A DNA stretch of 63,926 nt, the filler included, from Octopus bimaculoides (lineage: Eukaryota), in the NCBI RefSeq assembly GCF_001194135.2. It is 6 parts of 5 records of this genome, joined end to end, with 100 filler letters (N's around TTAATTAATTAA, not from the genome) between each part and the next. Parts side by side here need not be neighbours in the genome. Positions count along the whole stretch, not along the records: positions 62,257 to 63,926 come from NC_068990.1; 5 more parts are not named here. One strand, 5' to 3'. Shown piece by piece: positions 62,257 to 63,926 of the stretch (positions are counted from its first letter, which is position 1; each line of letters begins with the position of its first letter). The notes under the pieces were generated by a model. That model was given only the letters and a program-made list of their open reading frames with translations, was not told where the DNA came from and searched no databases. The position numbers and the translations under genes are program-made.

Positions 62257-63924
62257 GATGTCACTGTTTATAACAGATGTAGAGTGTGGAATTGTAACAG
62301 AAAGGAATTTATATGTTGCAGAAGATTTTATAGAATGAGAAGTTGATATTGAAGGTATTTTGCTTTCATGAAGATTTCCATAACTGGAACTAGAACCAGA
62401 CTTATGCCGTGAAATATAACCAGAATGAAGATGAATCATTGATGATCTAACATGGGATTCTGTGGCTCTTTCTGAGGAAGTGGAAACTTTAGTAGGAAAT
62501 TTTGATCTTAAATTAGGTTCAGTATCAGAACTAGATTTCAGCTCTTCTCTGGATCCAGAACCAGACTTCAAGTCATCCTCAGACTCAGTACTTGATTCCA
62601 GGTCATCTTCAGTGTCAGAACTGGATTCCAAGTCATCACCAGATGAAGAACTAGACTCCAAACGACCTGCAGTGGTTGTTGATATGATATCATTGTTTAT
62701 AACAGTTGTAGGATGTGGAGTCGTAACAGAAAGGAATTTGTATATTGTAGGAGATTTTGTAGAGTGAGAAGTAGAACTTGAAATCATTTTAGCTTCAAGG
62801 AGATTTCCATAACTTAAACTGGAATCAGCTTTAAACTGTGAAATATAATTAAAACGAACATAAGTCATTGATGATGTTATGGGAGATTCTGAGTTACTTT
62901 CAAAGGAAGTTGTAACTTTAGAAGGAAGATTCGATTTGAAATTATTTCTACTGCCAGAACTAGACACCAGGTTATGTTCAGTTCTAGAATGAGACTTCAG
63001 ATCATTGCCAGAACTAAACTCCAGATCATTGCCAGAACTAAATTTCAAGTCATCCTCAGAGTCAGTGCTAGATTCCAGGTCATCTTCAGTGTCAGAACTG
63101 GATTCCAAGTCATCTCCAGATGAAGAACTAGACTCTGAATCATCTCCAATGCTAGAGCTAGATTCCGTTTTATCATCAGATTCTTGAGATTTAATATTGG
63201 TAAAGAGATTAGACGTTGTATTAATATAATTACGAATGACTGAAGAATAATGAGTAACACTACTAATTGATTGATGTAATGTAGAATTAGCAATGTGGTA
63301 ACTATTTGAAACTGGGGTAGGTTTGGGTATTTTAGGTGGTATTGTTGATGTGATGTCACTGTTTATAACAGATGTAGGGTGTGGAATTGTAACAGAAAGG
63401 AATTTATATGTTGCAGAAGATTTTATAGAATGAGAAGTTGATATTGAAGGTATTTTGCTTTCATGAAGATTTCCATAACTGGAACTAGAACCAGACTTAA
63501 GCCGTGAAATATAACTAGAATGAAGATGAATCATTGATGATCTAACATGGGATTCTGTGGCTCTTTCTGAGGAAGTGGTAACTTTAGTAGGAAATTTTGA
63601 TCTTAAATTAGGTTCAGTATCAGAACTAGATTTCAGCTCTTCTCTGGAACCAGAACCAGACTTCAAGTCATCCTCAGACTCAGTACTTGATTCCAGGTCA
63701 TCCTCTGAATCAGTGCTAGATTCCAGGTCATCCCTTGAATCAGAGCTAGATTCCTGGTCCTCTTCAGTGCCAGAGCTTGATTCTAGATCATTCCCAGAGG
63801 AAGAACTAGAGTCGAAATCTTTTTCAGAAATTCTGGATGTGACTTCCCTGTTTATAACAGATGTAGGGTGTGGAATTGTAACAGAAAGGAATTTATATGT
63901 TGCAGAAGATTTTATAGAATGAGA
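62257..63924 (-). CDS. Partial large exon of a modular Ser/Thr/Asp/Glu-rich repeat protein (mucin- or phosphoprotein-like); open at both ends
   Basis: No stop across 556 codons; the frame extends beyond the TTG start used by the ORF track. Module offsets of 429, 666 and 489 bp are all multiples of 3. Contains 8-aa DDLESS(S/T)D(T/S)E repeats. Confidence 0.8.
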
Positions 63925-63926
63925 AT

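Noticed and set aside
62462-63922. Plus-strand ORFs overlapping the Ser-rich CDS
   Set aside because: They are antisense shadows, broken by stops, of the fully open minus-strand frame.

Overview
AT-rich, microsatellite-saturated, gap-rich eukaryotic draft-assembly sequence. The SINE families and repeat landscape suggest an octopus genome; this is inference from recalled repeat families and was not searched. The window is not one locus. Five identical 100-nt spacers (44 N + TTAATTAATTAA + 44 N) join six unrelated scaffolds: 1-14779, 14880-24037, 24138-41713, 41814-59447, 59548-62156 and 62257-63926. Almost all ORFs in the supplied track are microsatellite or N-run artefacts. Supported host features are one apparently intact tRNA-Trp(CCA) gene and a stop-free 556-codon minus-strand exon fragment encoding a modular Ser/Thr/Asp/Glu-rich repeat protein. 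The rest is decayed transposable elements: R4/Dong-clade RLE LINEs in microsatellites, RTE, CR1/L2-like and L1/Tx1 LINE fragments, Penelope-like fragments, a Tc1 transposase pseudogene, at least five Chapaev3-like transposase remnants clustered on one scaffold, Helitrons, MITEs, a solo LTR with a TSD and several tRNA-derived SINE families. The most interesting signal is that three unrelated non-coding repeat families each carry a minimal hammerhead-ribozyme-like motif with a palindromic stem III (ACGT, ACCGGT, AATACGTATT). One of these sits in a repeat with a Pol III B-box-like head. Each copy deviates from the canonical core, so activity is untested.
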